From contig DJGZ01000051.1 of assembly GCA_002433025.1 (NCBI GenBank), forward strand, positions 2,393 to 66,392: DNA of 64,000 bases, in the 5' to 3' direction. Numbering within the stretch: the first letter of the stretch is position 1; every line of letters starts with the position of its first letter. The stretch is from Bacteroidales bacterium UBA5833. GTDB taxonomy: Bacteria > Bacteroidota > Bacteroidia > Bacteroidales > Lentimicrobiaceae. This document shows, piece after piece, positions 1 through 8,288 of this stretch. A model generated the notes under the pieces. That model did not search any database. It was not told where the DNA came from and saw nothing but the letters and a program-made list of their open reading frames with translations. The position numbers were made by a program, and so were the translations under genes.

Positions 1-210
1 TTTTGCTGTTTCGGCCATAAAATGCACACCGGCAAAAACAATCATATCTGCATTGGTTTCCGCTGCTTTTTGCGAAAGTTGCAGGCTGTCGCCGACAAAA
101 TCGGCGATATCCTGTATTTCCGGCACCTGGTAATAATGCGCCAGAATTACCGCATTTTTTTCTTTCCGCATTTTATCAATCAGACTCAGCAATTCTAAGT
201 TGGTTTGCAT
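1..210 (-). CDS. nadA: quinolinate synthase NadA, N-terminal fragment (rest lies beyond the left edge)
   Basis: Own translation of the minus strand from the ATG at 208-210 gives [70 protein letters not shown]. This has the conserved NadA N-terminal motifs AHYYQ, GDSL and FMAETAK. It is truncated by the window edge and so absent from the ORF track. Confidence 0.85.
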   Translation of the reverse strand, partial: MQTNLELLSLIDKMRKEKNAVILAHYYQVPEIQDIADFVGDSLQLSQKAAETNADMIVFAGVHFMAETAK

Positions 211-362
211 CCCGCTATGGTTTTGTGAATAAATCGGTCATTTCAGTTTTTAATAATGAAATCTTTAAATTAAAATCATTATTATTATTACTGCTGTTAA
301 TACTGTTGGAAAATTGTTGATTTTACTTCTTGTTTTTTTCCTTATCAGTAGTTTATCAACAA

Positions 363-374
363 CCGGTTAACCGG
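363..374. repeat. perfect 12-bp palindrome CCGGTTAACCGG, function unknown
   Basis: Read directly. A near-identical copy, GCGGTTAACCGG, lies at 664-675 in the same intergenic region. Confidence 0.6.
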
Positions 375-546
375 AAAAAGTTCAGATTAATGTTGTATCA
401 CAAATATTTAGCCAACTATTAACAGTTTGTTGATAATTTGATTCCAACAGGTACAAAAGTATCTGAAAGATGTTTATTTCTGTTGATTGTGTGTTAATTG
501 TTTTTGACAAATAAGACCAATTTCATTCTTAATGTATGCTATCCGG

Positions 547-583
547 AAAATTCTGAACGGATCCGTTCATTTTTCAGAATTTT
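547..583. repeat. nested inverted repeats, possibly an operator or a bidirectional terminator-like hairpin
   Basis: GAACGGATCCGTTC (555-568) is a perfect 14-bp palindrome. It is nested inside AAAATTCTGAA (547-557) and TTCAGAATTTT (573-583). T-runs follow on both strands. Confidence 0.5.
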
Positions 584-663
584 ATAACAATGTTAAACGG
601 AAATTAACAGAATTTTGTTAATAAACTATATTTTACTGATTATCAGCTCAATATTTTGTCTAA

Positions 664-675
664 GCGGTTAACCGG
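664..675. repeat. second copy of the GGTTAACC-core palindrome
   Basis: GCGGTTAACCGG matches the palindrome at 363-374 at 11 of 12 positions. Confidence 0.6.
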
Positions 676-729
676 AATTTTTAAGTATCTTATTTCTAAC
701 AGGCTCTGCTGATAACCTCAATTAATGAT

Positions 730-737
730 TAATTTTG
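730..737 (+). promoter_or_regulatory. candidate -7 promoter box for rpiB
   Basis: TAATTTTG fits the Bacteroidota sigma-A -7 consensus TAnnTTTG and lies 18 nt upstream of the rpiB ATG. Confidence 0.5.
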
Positions 738-755
738 TGATTAAAATTATTAACA

Positions 756-1205
756 ATGTGGGATAAATCACAAATACTGGCATTGGCAAGCGATCATGCA
801 GGGTTCGAATTGAAGTCATTTCTTATAAAAATACTTAGGGAAGAAGGGTATCAATTTCAGGATTACGGGGCTTTTTCTACAGAAAGCGTTGATTATCCTG
901 ACTTTGCGCATAAACTGGCAATAGCGGTTCATGACGGGCTGCACACGCGCGGAATCGTAATCTGCGGAAGCGGGAATGGCGTATGCATGGTTGTGAACAA
1001 ATACGAGGGTATCCGCGGTGCACTCTGCTGGAACAGCGAACAGGCGGAACTCACCCGCCGGCACAATGATGCCAATGTATTGTGTTTACCCGGAAGATTC
1101 ATTGATTTTAATGATGCCATCAAAGCGGTAAAATTGTTTCTCAATACTGATTTTGAGGGCGGAAGACATAAATCGAGGGTGGACAAAATCAATAAAATTG
1201 GCTGA
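756..1205 (+). CDS. rpiB: ribose-5-phosphate isomerase B (RpiB/LacAB family)
   Basis: 149-aa ORF with SDHAGFELK, ICGSGNGVCMVVNK and ANVLCLPGR motifs typical of RpiB. Confidence 0.9.
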   Translation: MWDKSQILALASDHAGFELKSFLIKILREEGYQFQDYGAFSTESVDYPDFAHKLAIAVHDGLHTRGIVICGSGNGVCMVVNKYEGIRGALCWNSEQAELTRRHNDANVLCLPGRFIDFNDAIKAVKLFLNTDFEGGRHKSRVDKINKIG

Positions 1206-1213
1206 TTCTGCTG

Positions 1214-2605
1214 ATGATTGAAGTTTACAACAAATTCAGAAAGGATTCATCCTTAAAGGCTGCCGACACTGAGCATCGCCGGAAGATTAGTTATAATATC
1301 AGCCGGTATGATCTGGCTGTCAGAGCAGGAAAGCAACAATATGCGAACCTGGAACTGGCCCGTACCCGGGCGGCTTATTTGAAAAATAAGGTAATTGGTG
1401 ACCTCGAAAAGTTTCTTGTTGAATTTGAAGTCAATTTTGAGAAAAACGGGGGTAAAATTATCTGGGCGCAGGATGCAGGAGATGCCATAAAGGAAATTCT
1501 TGAGATAATTAAGAAGTATGAAGCCGGATATGTTGTAAAGTCCAAAAGCATGGTTACCGAGGAGATTGAGCTAAATAAGCACCTCGGAGATGCCGGCGTT
1601 GAGGCAATAGAAACCGATCTGGGAGAGTTTATAGTGCAGCAGGCCGGCGAACAGCCTTACCACATCGTAACCCCGGCTATGCACAAATCAAAAGAAGATG
1701 TTGCAGCACTCTTTAATGAGAAATTCGGACTTCCTCCGGGAAGTACCCCGGAACAGATAACGACATTTGTCCGCAGCAGGCTCAGGGAGAAATTCTTTCA
1801 TGCAAGGGTGGGAATTACCGGAGCCAATTTTTTGGTGGCCGATACAGGTTCTGTCTGCCTTACTGAAAATGAGGGCAACGGTTTAATGAGTACCGCTTTT
1901 CCCGATGTGCATATTGTAATAGCAGGTATTGAAAAGGTGATACCATCGGTAAAGAACCTAGATCTTTTCTGGCCTTTGCTGGCCACCCACGGTACGGGTC
2001 AGAAGATGACTGCCTATAACAGCCTAATCAGCGGGCCCCGTCAGGAAGGCGAATCCGACGGACCAACGGAGATGATCGTGATTCTGCTCGACAACAGCCG
2101 TTCGGAAGTATTGTCGCGGAAAAACCAGCGGCGTGCGCTGGGTTGCATCCGCTGCGGGGCTTGCCTGAATGCCTGTCCTGTTTATAAAACCATTGGCGGG
2201 CATGCTTACGGAACCACGTACAGCGGGCCCATAGGATCGGTCATCACGCCCTGGATGAAAGGGCTGAATGAATACAAACACCTGAGCTTTGCCTCCTCCC
2301 TTTGCGGCAGTTGCACCGAAGTATGTCCGGTAAAAATCAATCTGCATGAATTGCTGCTTTATAACCGAAACGACAGTGTGAAGCAGGGCAGTTATTCATT
2401 GTTTGATGCATTTTCCATGTTTGCGTGGAAGAAGATCATGTTGAACCGGAAATGGATGGATACAGGCAGTGCGAAGCTGAAAAATATGGTTTTTAAGAAG
2501 GCTTTTTCAGGCTTGTGGGGCCCCGGGAGGGAATTACCGGAGATAGCTGCGGGTAATTTCAAACAGTTGTGGGAAGAACGCAGGGAAGGAAAAATCAGAA
2601 AATAG
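1214..2605 (+). CDS. LutB/YkgF-like iron-sulfur protein (LUD domain plus 2x 4Fe-4S)
   Basis: 463-aa ORF with an LUD-type N-terminal half and two ferredoxin motifs, CIRCGACLNACP and CGSCTEVCP. No lutA or lutC neighbours. Confidence 0.8.
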   Translation: MIEVYNKFRKDSSLKAADTEHRRKISYNISRYDLAVRAGKQQYANLELARTRAAYLKNKVIGDLEKFLVEFEVNFEKNGGKIIWAQDAGDAIKEILEIIKKYEAGYVVKSKSMVTEEIELNKHLGDAGVEAIETDLGEFIVQQAGEQPYHIVTPAMHKSKEDVAALFNEKFGLPPGSTPEQITTFVRSRLREKFFHARVGITGANFLVADTGSVCLTENEGNGLMSTAFPDVHIVIAGIEKVIPSVKNLDLFWPLLATHGTGQKMTAYNSLISGPRQEGESDGPTEMIVILLDNSRSEVLSRKNQRRALGCIRCGACLNACPVYKTIGGHAYGTTYSGPIGSVITPWMKGLNEYKHLSFASSLCGSCTEVCPVKINLHELLLYNRNDSVKQGSYSLFDAFSMFAWKKIMLNRKWMDTGSAKLKNMVFKKAFSGLWGPGRELPEIAAGNFKQLWEERREGKIRK

Positions 2606-2628
2606 CAGAAGAGTTTCATGTAAAGGAT

Positions 2629-3510
2629 TCACAGGTATTGCCTGAGTACCTGCCTTACATCCGAAACGTATCCTCCCCCGAAAAGATTTACATGCACCAG
2701 CATCGGAAAGAGCTGATTCAGCGATATCCTTTCTTCCCAGCCGTATGCGAGCGGGAATGCTTCATTGTAAGCTGCATAAAAACGCGAATCAAATCCTCCG
2801 AAAAGTCTGGTCATGGCGATGTCCATTTCCCTGTGTCCATAATACACAGCCGGATCTATCAGACAAACATAACCGTTTTTACCCCTGATAAAATTTCCGT
2901 TCCAGAGATCACCGTGCAGCAAAGAAGGTGATTCTGACGGTATCAGGTCTTTCAGTCTCTGCAAAAGCCTGTCGAAGGAATTACAATCATGGCTGTTGAG
3001 CAACCCTGATCTCCGGGCCATTGCTACCATTGGCTGTAGGCGTTGTGCTGCCAGAAAATCCGTCCATTGATCACAAGGATTGTTTTGCTGGTTGAGAGAA
3101 CCTATGTAATTATCATGATCCAGACCAAAGTAACCTCCATTTACCCTGTGCAGGCAGGCCAGCCGGCGCCCGAAATCTTCCCAGAAGTGCGAATGGTTTC
3201 CGCCACCTGTCTCCTCTTCCATCAGCAGAAAGGAAAATGTGCCGGCCTGCGCGCACAGGAATACATCCGGAACTTCAATACAGGCAGTTTTACGGATTAT
3301 TGCCAGTCCCCTGCTTTCCGCTTCAAACATGCCCGGATAACGGCGGGCATCATTGAATTTGATAAAATATCCGGCTGATGTAGTGCGTATGGTGAATGTC
3401 CGGTTGATGGATCCGCCGGAAACGGGTGAAACCGATATTATTTTGTGATGGCCGGTTTGAACTTTGCTCAACCAGTGCTCTACCGACTCAGTGATGACCG
3501 GCGGGATCAT
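2629..3510 (-). CDS. fructosamine kinase family protein
   Basis: 293-aa ORF with a kinase-like fold and an HGDLWNGN catalytic loop. The overall layout matches fructosamine/ketosamine-3-kinases. Confidence 0.85.
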   Translation of the reverse strand: MIPPVITESVEHWLSKVQTGHHKIISVSPVSGGSINRTFTIRTTSAGYFIKFNDARRYPGMFEAESRGLAIIRKTACIEVPDVFLCAQAGTFSFLLMEEETGGGNHSHFWEDFGRRLACLHRVNGGYFGLDHDNYIGSLNQQNNPCDQWTDFLAAQRLQPMVAMARRSGLLNSHDCNSFDRLLQRLKDLIPSESPSLLHGDLWNGNFIRGKNGYVCLIDPAVYYGHREMDIAMTRLFGGFDSRFYAAYNEAFPLAYGWEERISLNQLFPMLVHVNLFGGGYVSDVRQVLRQYL

Positions 3511-3521
3511 GGAAATCCCGC

Positions 3522-3977
3522 TTAAAAAAGAAAGGAACGTTTCTGCTGAAATCCGCTTCTGATTAGCCGTTCAAAAAGTAGCAACAAACCCACGGACAGG
3601 AAGATAATGATCATGGTTGAAGAATCTTTCAGGTATGTTATGATGCCGTTGAAACCTTCCAGAATTCCCAGTGAAGCATTCAGCACGTTGCGCAGCTGGT
3701 CGGTGTCTGAGAGAAGATTGATTTTCATGAATGGCCACTGGGCGAACAACATGATTACAACTATAACCAAAGCCGCAAACAGGGAAAAATATCCCCAGAG
3801 CATTTGCCTGCGGTATTCCGGTGTATCGGTAAGGGGTTCAATGCCTGACTGTACCTGCTGCATAATCCCGCTGGTGAACCCTTCGGGAGCTTTTTCAAGC
3901 GGCAGGTTGGCCATCAGTTGTGCCAGGAACCTGTCATTTTCCGTTTCACTGAATTTATCGTTTGTCATAATCTGCAA
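3522..3977 (-). CDS. membrane protein, possible anti-sigma factor
   Basis: 151-aa ORF starting 26 nt downstream of the ECF sigma gene, with two hydrophobic helices. The role is inferred from position only. No zf-HC2 motif was seen. Confidence 0.45.
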   Translation of the reverse strand: MQIMTNDKFSETENDRFLAQLMANLPLEKAPEGFTSGIMQQVQSGIEPLTDTPEYRRQMLWGYFSLFAALVIVVIMLFAQWPFMKINLLSDTDQLRNVLNASLGILEGFNGIITYLKDSSTMIIIFLSVGLLLLFERLIRSGFQQKRSFLF

Positions 3978-4003
3978 ATTTAATCAACCTGTGATAAATA
4001 ATA

Positions 4004-4570
4004 TCACGCAAATTTCAACTGCATCCGTTCTGCCATGGCTGCATAAAGCTTTTTTCTGATGCGGTGCAGTTTAACTTTTACATTTGAAACCGAAAGACCG
4101 GTTATCATTCCGATCTCTTCCACACTCTGCTGATGCTGATAAAACAGGTTAATCAGCATCTGTTCATCTTTCTGAAGCGTTTTCAGCGCGGCATTCATGA
4201 GTTCAATCCGTTGCTGTTCGTCTATAAGTCCGGCGTTCTCCCTTACCTCGTCTGTGCTGTAGTTTTCAACCATGCGCTCATCAATGGCCTGCGTGATTAT
4301 GCTTTTTTTCCTTGTCCTGGAAACTGCGGTATTATATGCAATCCTGAACAGCCAGGTACTGAAACGGGCTTCATATTTAAAACCCGGGAGGGCGTGGAAT
4401 GCCTTGAGAAAAGTATCCTGGGCGGCTTCCTCGGCTTCTTCCCTGTTTCTGATGACCTTTAAAATCAACGAAAACACCATGTCCTTATACCTGTCAACCA
4501 ATACTGAATAGTTTGCAGTATTGCCTTCAAGTATGCTGCCGATAATTTTTATATCGTCGTTCTGGCTCAT
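4004..4570 (-). CDS. RNA polymerase sigma-70 factor, ECF subfamily
   Basis: 188-aa ORF with region 2 (FSTWLFRIAYN) and a region 4 helix-turn-helix (VEEIGMITGLSVSNVKVKLHRIRKKL). Confidence 0.9.
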   Translation of the reverse strand: MSQNDDIKIIGSILEGNTANYSVLVDRYKDMVFSLILKVIRNREEAEEAAQDTFLKAFHALPGFKYEARFSTWLFRIAYNTAVSRTRKKSIITQAIDERMVENYSTDEVRENAGLIDEQQRIELMNAALKTLQKDEQMLINLFYQHQQSVEEIGMITGLSVSNVKVKLHRIRKKLYAAMAERMQLKFA

Positions 4571-4730
4571 CGTTGTGTTTTAGACGTCAGGCAGGCGACT
4601 GGGTTACAAACGGACTGGAAATTTTAAAATTTCATTTTATTGGTAATTCATCATGTGATTTATGCATGGTTCTGTAACCGGTAAATTCATTCTGCGTCAA
4701 ACTGGCAACGAACCCAAAAACATTAAAGCC

Positions 4731-5102
4731 ATGAATGACTTTCTGATACCCGCCACAGTTTTTGCTACCATCTATGGCGTAATTTACCTGTTTATCCGCA
4801 AAAGGGAGCGGATGGCCCTGCTCGACCGTGGACTGGATCCAAGGTCTTTCGAATCGGACAAAACCGGATTTTCCTCATTGAAATACGGCCTGCTCTTTAC
4901 CGGTATCGGCCTTGGTCTGCTCCTGGCAAATATTCTTGTTTCAATCGGGGCGATGGACCGGGAAGCCGCATATTTCTCACTGGTTTCACTTTTTGGTGGA
5001 ATTGCCCTCATCATTGATTACATCCTTGAAGTGAGTATTACCAAAAGAAACAACAAACAAAAGCAGGAAAGTACCGGTTTCGCGGGAGAGAATTTCGGAT
5101 GA
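4731..5102 (+). CDS. small integral membrane protein, family not recognised
   Basis: The track ORF is 4662..5102. The hydrophobic protein begins at the internal ATG at 4731 (MNDFLIPATVFATIYGVIYLF). It has 3-4 predicted TM helices. Confidence 0.5.
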   Translation: MNDFLIPATVFATIYGVIYLFIRKRERMALLDRGLDPRSFESDKTGFSSLKYGLLFTGIGLGLLLANILVSIGAMDREAAYFSLVSLFGGIALIIDYILEVSITKRNNKQKQESTGFAGENFG

Positions 5103-5666
5103 TTAACCGAACCTGAATTCCTGTAGAACAGTATATTCAGGTCCTTCTTTTTTCAGTACACTCTCGTAAAGTTCAAAGCCCTCTATCCGCTGTACCCGGA
5201 ATTTCACCTCCCTGAAGTGGGTAATGATTTCCTGAAAATGATTCTTGTCCCTGATCTCCCTGATTCTGCCGACGGTGAGGTGAGGGACAAAATTTTGCCG
5301 GTCACTGATAAATCCGGCCTCTTCGAGTGTAAGATTGAGATTGGAAATGAGTTTCGTAAGAACCGGATTTTCGGTAATGCCAAACCAGATTACCCGGGGA
5401 TTGTAATAGCTGCCGAAAATGCCTGTTTTGGCGATTTCGAGGTTAAAAGGAGAAATTTCGCGGGTGGCCTTCTGCAGCGCTTCAGTAATGACCGGTATTT
5501 CGGTATCAGGAGTTTCTCCGAAAAATCGAAGGGTTACATGAATATTATGAAGTTCAACCCATTTAATGATATGAAAACCAAGAACCTGCCGGAGATTATG
5601 ATAAATGTCGGCAAAAGTTTCATCCGGTTCAATCCTGATTGCTGCGAAAAGTCGTTTGGTTTCCAT
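5103..5666 (-). CDS. thpR: RNA 2',3'-cyclic phosphodiesterase (2H phosphoesterase, ThpR/LigT)
   Basis: 187-aa ORF carrying the two HxT motifs of the 2H family, HVTLRF and HLTVGR. Confidence 0.85.
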   Translation of the reverse strand: METKRLFAAIRIEPDETFADIYHNLRQVLGFHIIKWVELHNIHVTLRFFGETPDTEIPVITEALQKATREISPFNLEIAKTGIFGSYYNPRVIWFGITENPVLTKLISNLNLTLEEAGFISDRQNFVPHLTVGRIREIRDKNHFQEIITHFREVKFRVQRIEGFELYESVLKKEGPEYTVLQEFRFG

Positions 5667-5737
5667 CGTAACTCGAATTGACTTTGCAAAGATGGAAAAG
5701 AATTGAAAAATATTTCTTTGTTTTCAGGAAAATATTC

Positions 5738-5745
5738 TAAATTTG
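5738..5745 (+). promoter_or_regulatory. candidate -7 promoter box for tRNA-Ala
   Basis: TAAATTTG fits TAnnTTTG and lies 31 nt upstream of the mature tRNA 5' end. Confidence 0.5.
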
Positions 5746-5776
5746 CATCCCGTTTCAGCAATGAAGCCTGATCTCC

Positions 5777-5850
5777 GGGGCGTTAGCTCAGTTGGCTAGA
5801 GCGTTAGACTGGCAGTCTAAAGGTCAGGGGTTCGACTCCCCTACGCTCCA
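5777..5850 (+). tRNA. tRNA-Ala (anticodon GGC)
   Basis: Cloverleaf folded by hand. The acceptor stem GGGGCGT/ACGCTCC has the G3:U70 alanine identity pair. The anticodon loop is CTGGCAG and the T-arm is AGGGG-TTCGACT-CCCCT. CCA is not encoded. Confidence 0.9.
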
Positions 5851-5859
5851 CAAACAAGG

Positions 5860-5889
5860 CCTGTAAATCATTGATTTACGGGCTTTTTT
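5860..5889 (+). terminator. rho-independent terminator after tRNA-Ala
   Basis: A 10-bp stem (CCTGTAAATC / GATTTACGGG, one G:U pair) with a 3-nt loop, followed by CTTTTTT. Confidence 0.6.
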
Positions 5890-5912
5890 ATTAAGGATTG
5901 GGCGGGTGTAAC

Positions 5913-6104
5913 CTATTTTTCGTCTTTCTTTTTATTCTCCTCTGCGTCCTCGCCCGACATCCCGTCCTTAAACTCTTTGATACCCTTTCCAAGCCCTTTC
6001 ATCAGTTCAGGAATTTTCTTTCCGCCGAAAAGCAGGAGAACAATTGCCAGAATAATTACTACCTGCCAGGGACCGATTACGCCCAGTAAAACCTGTGTCA
6101 TCAT
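5913..6104 (-). CDS. tatA: twin-arginine translocase subunit TatA/E
   Basis: 63-aa ORF with one TM helix, an amphipathic helix and the LLFGGKKIPELMKGLGKGIKEFK signature. Confidence 0.9.
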   Translation of the reverse strand: MMTQVLLGVIGPWQVVIILAIVLLLFGGKKIPELMKGLGKGIKEFKDGMSGEDAEENKKKDEK

Positions 6105-6127
6105 ATTGTTACAGTTAAATTCTCTTA

Positions 6128-6135
6128 CAAAGTTA
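6128..6135 (-). promoter_or_regulatory. candidate -7 promoter box for tatA
   Basis: The reverse complement TAACTTTG fits TAnnTTTG and lies 23 nt upstream of the tatA ATG. Confidence 0.45.
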
Positions 6136-6174
6136 ATGATTAACTTGATCTGATTCAGATCAGTGTCTAAATGT

Positions 6175-7446
6175 TTATCTTGCCCTCACAATCCATCCCT
6201 CGGGGTTCTGCAGGTTCTTTCCGTGCCATAGCTCAAAATGCAGGCGGGTTTTCCCTGTTTCATCCGTATTGATCACCCCTATTTCCTGTTTGGTTTTTAC
6301 TTTATCGCCTTTTTTTACAAACAGCTGATCTAGGTTGGAGTACACAGTAAGAAATTCACCGTGTTTTACAATCACTACATTATTGTACGTGGGAAGGGTC
6401 ATGGTGGATGTTACCACTCCCTCAAATACAGCCCTGGCCTTACCTCCCTTTTCTGTGGCAATGTCAATGCCGTTATTCTTCGTTTTAATTCCCTTCAGCA
6501 CAGGATGCGGATGCTCGCCAAAGGAAGCGGAAATTACTCCCTTTTCAGTAGGCCATGGAAGACGTCCTTTATTGCCTGAAAAACCTGATGAAAGCTCCAG
6601 TTCGGCCGGAGTGAGGGCAAATTTATTCTCCGGAGCAGGTTTGGTGCCGGCCTTTTTTGCGGCTTCATTGGCTTTCCTGATCTCTTCAGCAATCAGGTCT
6701 TCAATGGCCCTCTGCAACCTGCGGGCGGCCTTTTCGCTTTCGCGTAACTTCTTAAGCAACTCTTTCTCTTTCTGTGTCAGCTTCTTGATAGCCTGATCCT
6801 GCTGGTTTTTCTCCTGTGCCAGCTTCTGCTGTTCTCCTTCTTCCATCCGCTTCAGCTCAAGCTTATCCTTCTTCTGCTGTTCGAGCAGCATCAGTTTTTT
6901 ATTCAGTTCCTCCTGGTTCTGTCTGATTACCCTCACCTGGTTCTGCCTGTAACCGGCATACTGCTGGAAATATTTCAGCCGCTGATAAGCCTGGTTGAAG
7001 TCACGGGCAGAAAATACAAACATAAGACGCGAATATGCATTCCGGTTTTTATTGGCATAGTATATCAGGGATGCATATTCCTTTTTCAAACGTTCGATGG
7101 TCTGGGTAAGGTGCCTGATGGTGTCGTTGGTCTGATCAATCTGGTTGTCGAGATTTCTGATCTCACCACTGATGGCATTGATCAGTTCCTGCCTCCTGCT
7201 GATTTGTTTATTCAACAAAACCAGTTGATTTACCGATGTTTGCTTGCTTTTCTTGGTTTCATCAAGCAATCTGTTTGTGTAACTGATTTCCTCTTCAATT
7301 TTTGCCTTTTGCTGCTGAAGCTGGCTCTTTTTGTCCTGGGCTGCCAATTCATTCGCGCCGGCTGTTGAAATCAGCATAACGGCCAGAATAAGTACATTCA
7401 TGTATTTACGGGGCGCACAGGTATAAGGCAGGTTTATTGAAGTCAT
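6175..7446 (-). CDS. M23/LytM-family peptidase with long coiled coil (EnvC-like murein hydrolase activator)
   Basis: 423-aa ORF with a signal sequence, roughly 230 aa of Q/K/E-rich coiled coil, and a C-terminal M23 domain (NNGIDIA, HFELW). An alternative start lies at 7401 (MNVLILAVML). Confidence 0.85.
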   Translation of the reverse strand: MTSINLPYTCAPRKYMNVLILAVMLISTAGANELAAQDKKSQLQQQKAKIEEEISYTNRLLDETKKSKQTSVNQLVLLNKQISRRQELINAISGEIRNLDNQIDQTNDTIRHLTQTIERLKKEYASLIYYANKNRNAYSRLMFVFSARDFNQAYQRLKYFQQYAGYRQNQVRVIRQNQEELNKKLMLLEQQKKDKLELKRMEEGEQQKLAQEKNQQDQAIKKLTQKEKELLKKLRESEKAARRLQRAIEDLIAEEIRKANEAAKKAGTKPAPENKFALTPAELELSSGFSGNKGRLPWPTEKGVISASFGEHPHPVLKGIKTKNNGIDIATEKGGKARAVFEGVVTSTMTLPTYNNVVIVKHGEFLTVYSNLDQLFVKKGDKVKTKQEIGVINTDETGKTRLHFELWHGKNLQNPEGWIVRAR

Positions 7447-7448
7447 GA

Positions 7449-8288
7449 TTAGAATTTGTTGACACGGTTATATTTTTCAGGTATCCTGAAAGGGAACTGA
7501 AGCGTTTCTCCTGTATTGACTTTTGTATAATCTACCTCAATCTCAATGGCATTTTTATTCTCAGCGGTCTCGAGCTGGAAATTCAGGTGAGAAGGAACCA
7601 GCTGCCCGTTCGCCGTCTGGTATTTGTAACGGCCTTCCAGCTTTCTCCCGTTCTGGTTCACTTCTTTGATCAATACCCTGGTGATCTTGAAGTTATCGGG
7701 ATTCAGCCAGATGTTCTGAAGCGGAATACTTATGTTCTGGTTGTGCCTCAGGTATTTCTTGAGTTTTCTGCGTTCGGTGGTCACCAGTTTGTATTCCCGG
7801 TTATCTATGGAAGCTTTGAAAGAGGAATTTTCGTAAAACGAAAAGTCATTCCCTGTCAGAAAGGCCTGGAGCATATCAAAATCGAGGGTACTGTTGATCA
7901 GGGAATTAATATAATTGAAATCACTGATAAAGTAAGTATTATCGATGCGGTTCATATACTTTACCGAATCGTTCGAAATAAGCACGCGTGCCATTTCGAT
8001 ACCCAGGGCCGGCGAAATGGATATCCAGATCAGGCTGTCTTTATGAATTCTGATCTGTCCGCTGAATGAATTCCTGTTTTTGTTCTGGCGAAAACCGGCA
8101 GAAAATCTGGCCGAAAAGAAATTGTATTTTAACTCATTCTGTTTCAGGTTTTCAAACAGGTATTCAGCTCCCTGTTCTTTCAAAGGCTCTTTAATCATGC
8201 GTTTGGTTGATGAACATGAGCCCCCCATCAGCAGTACGATGCCTGAAAGCAGTATTTTTATTATTCCATCCCGGATTGGCCTATTCAT
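7449..8288 (-). CDS. lipoprotein, DUF4292-like (LolB-fold)
   Basis: 279-aa ORF with a lipobox-like N-terminus (LLMGGSCSS). It overlaps the upstream TPR gene by 8 nt. The family name is recalled from the conserved TPR/DUF4292/M23 cluster and has not been searched. Confidence 0.6.
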   Translation of the reverse strand: MNRPIRDGIIKILLSGIVLLMGGSCSSTKRMIKEPLKEQGAEYLFENLKQNELKYNFFSARFSAGFRQNKNRNSFSGQIRIHKDSLIWISISPALGIEMARVLISNDSVKYMNRIDNTYFISDFNYINSLINSTLDFDMLQAFLTGNDFSFYENSSFKASIDNREYKLVTTERRKLKKYLRHNQNISIPLQNIWLNPDNFKITRVLIKEVNQNGRKLEGRYKYQTANGQLVPSHLNFQLETAENKNAIEIEVDYTKVNTGETLQFPFRIPEKYNRVNKF

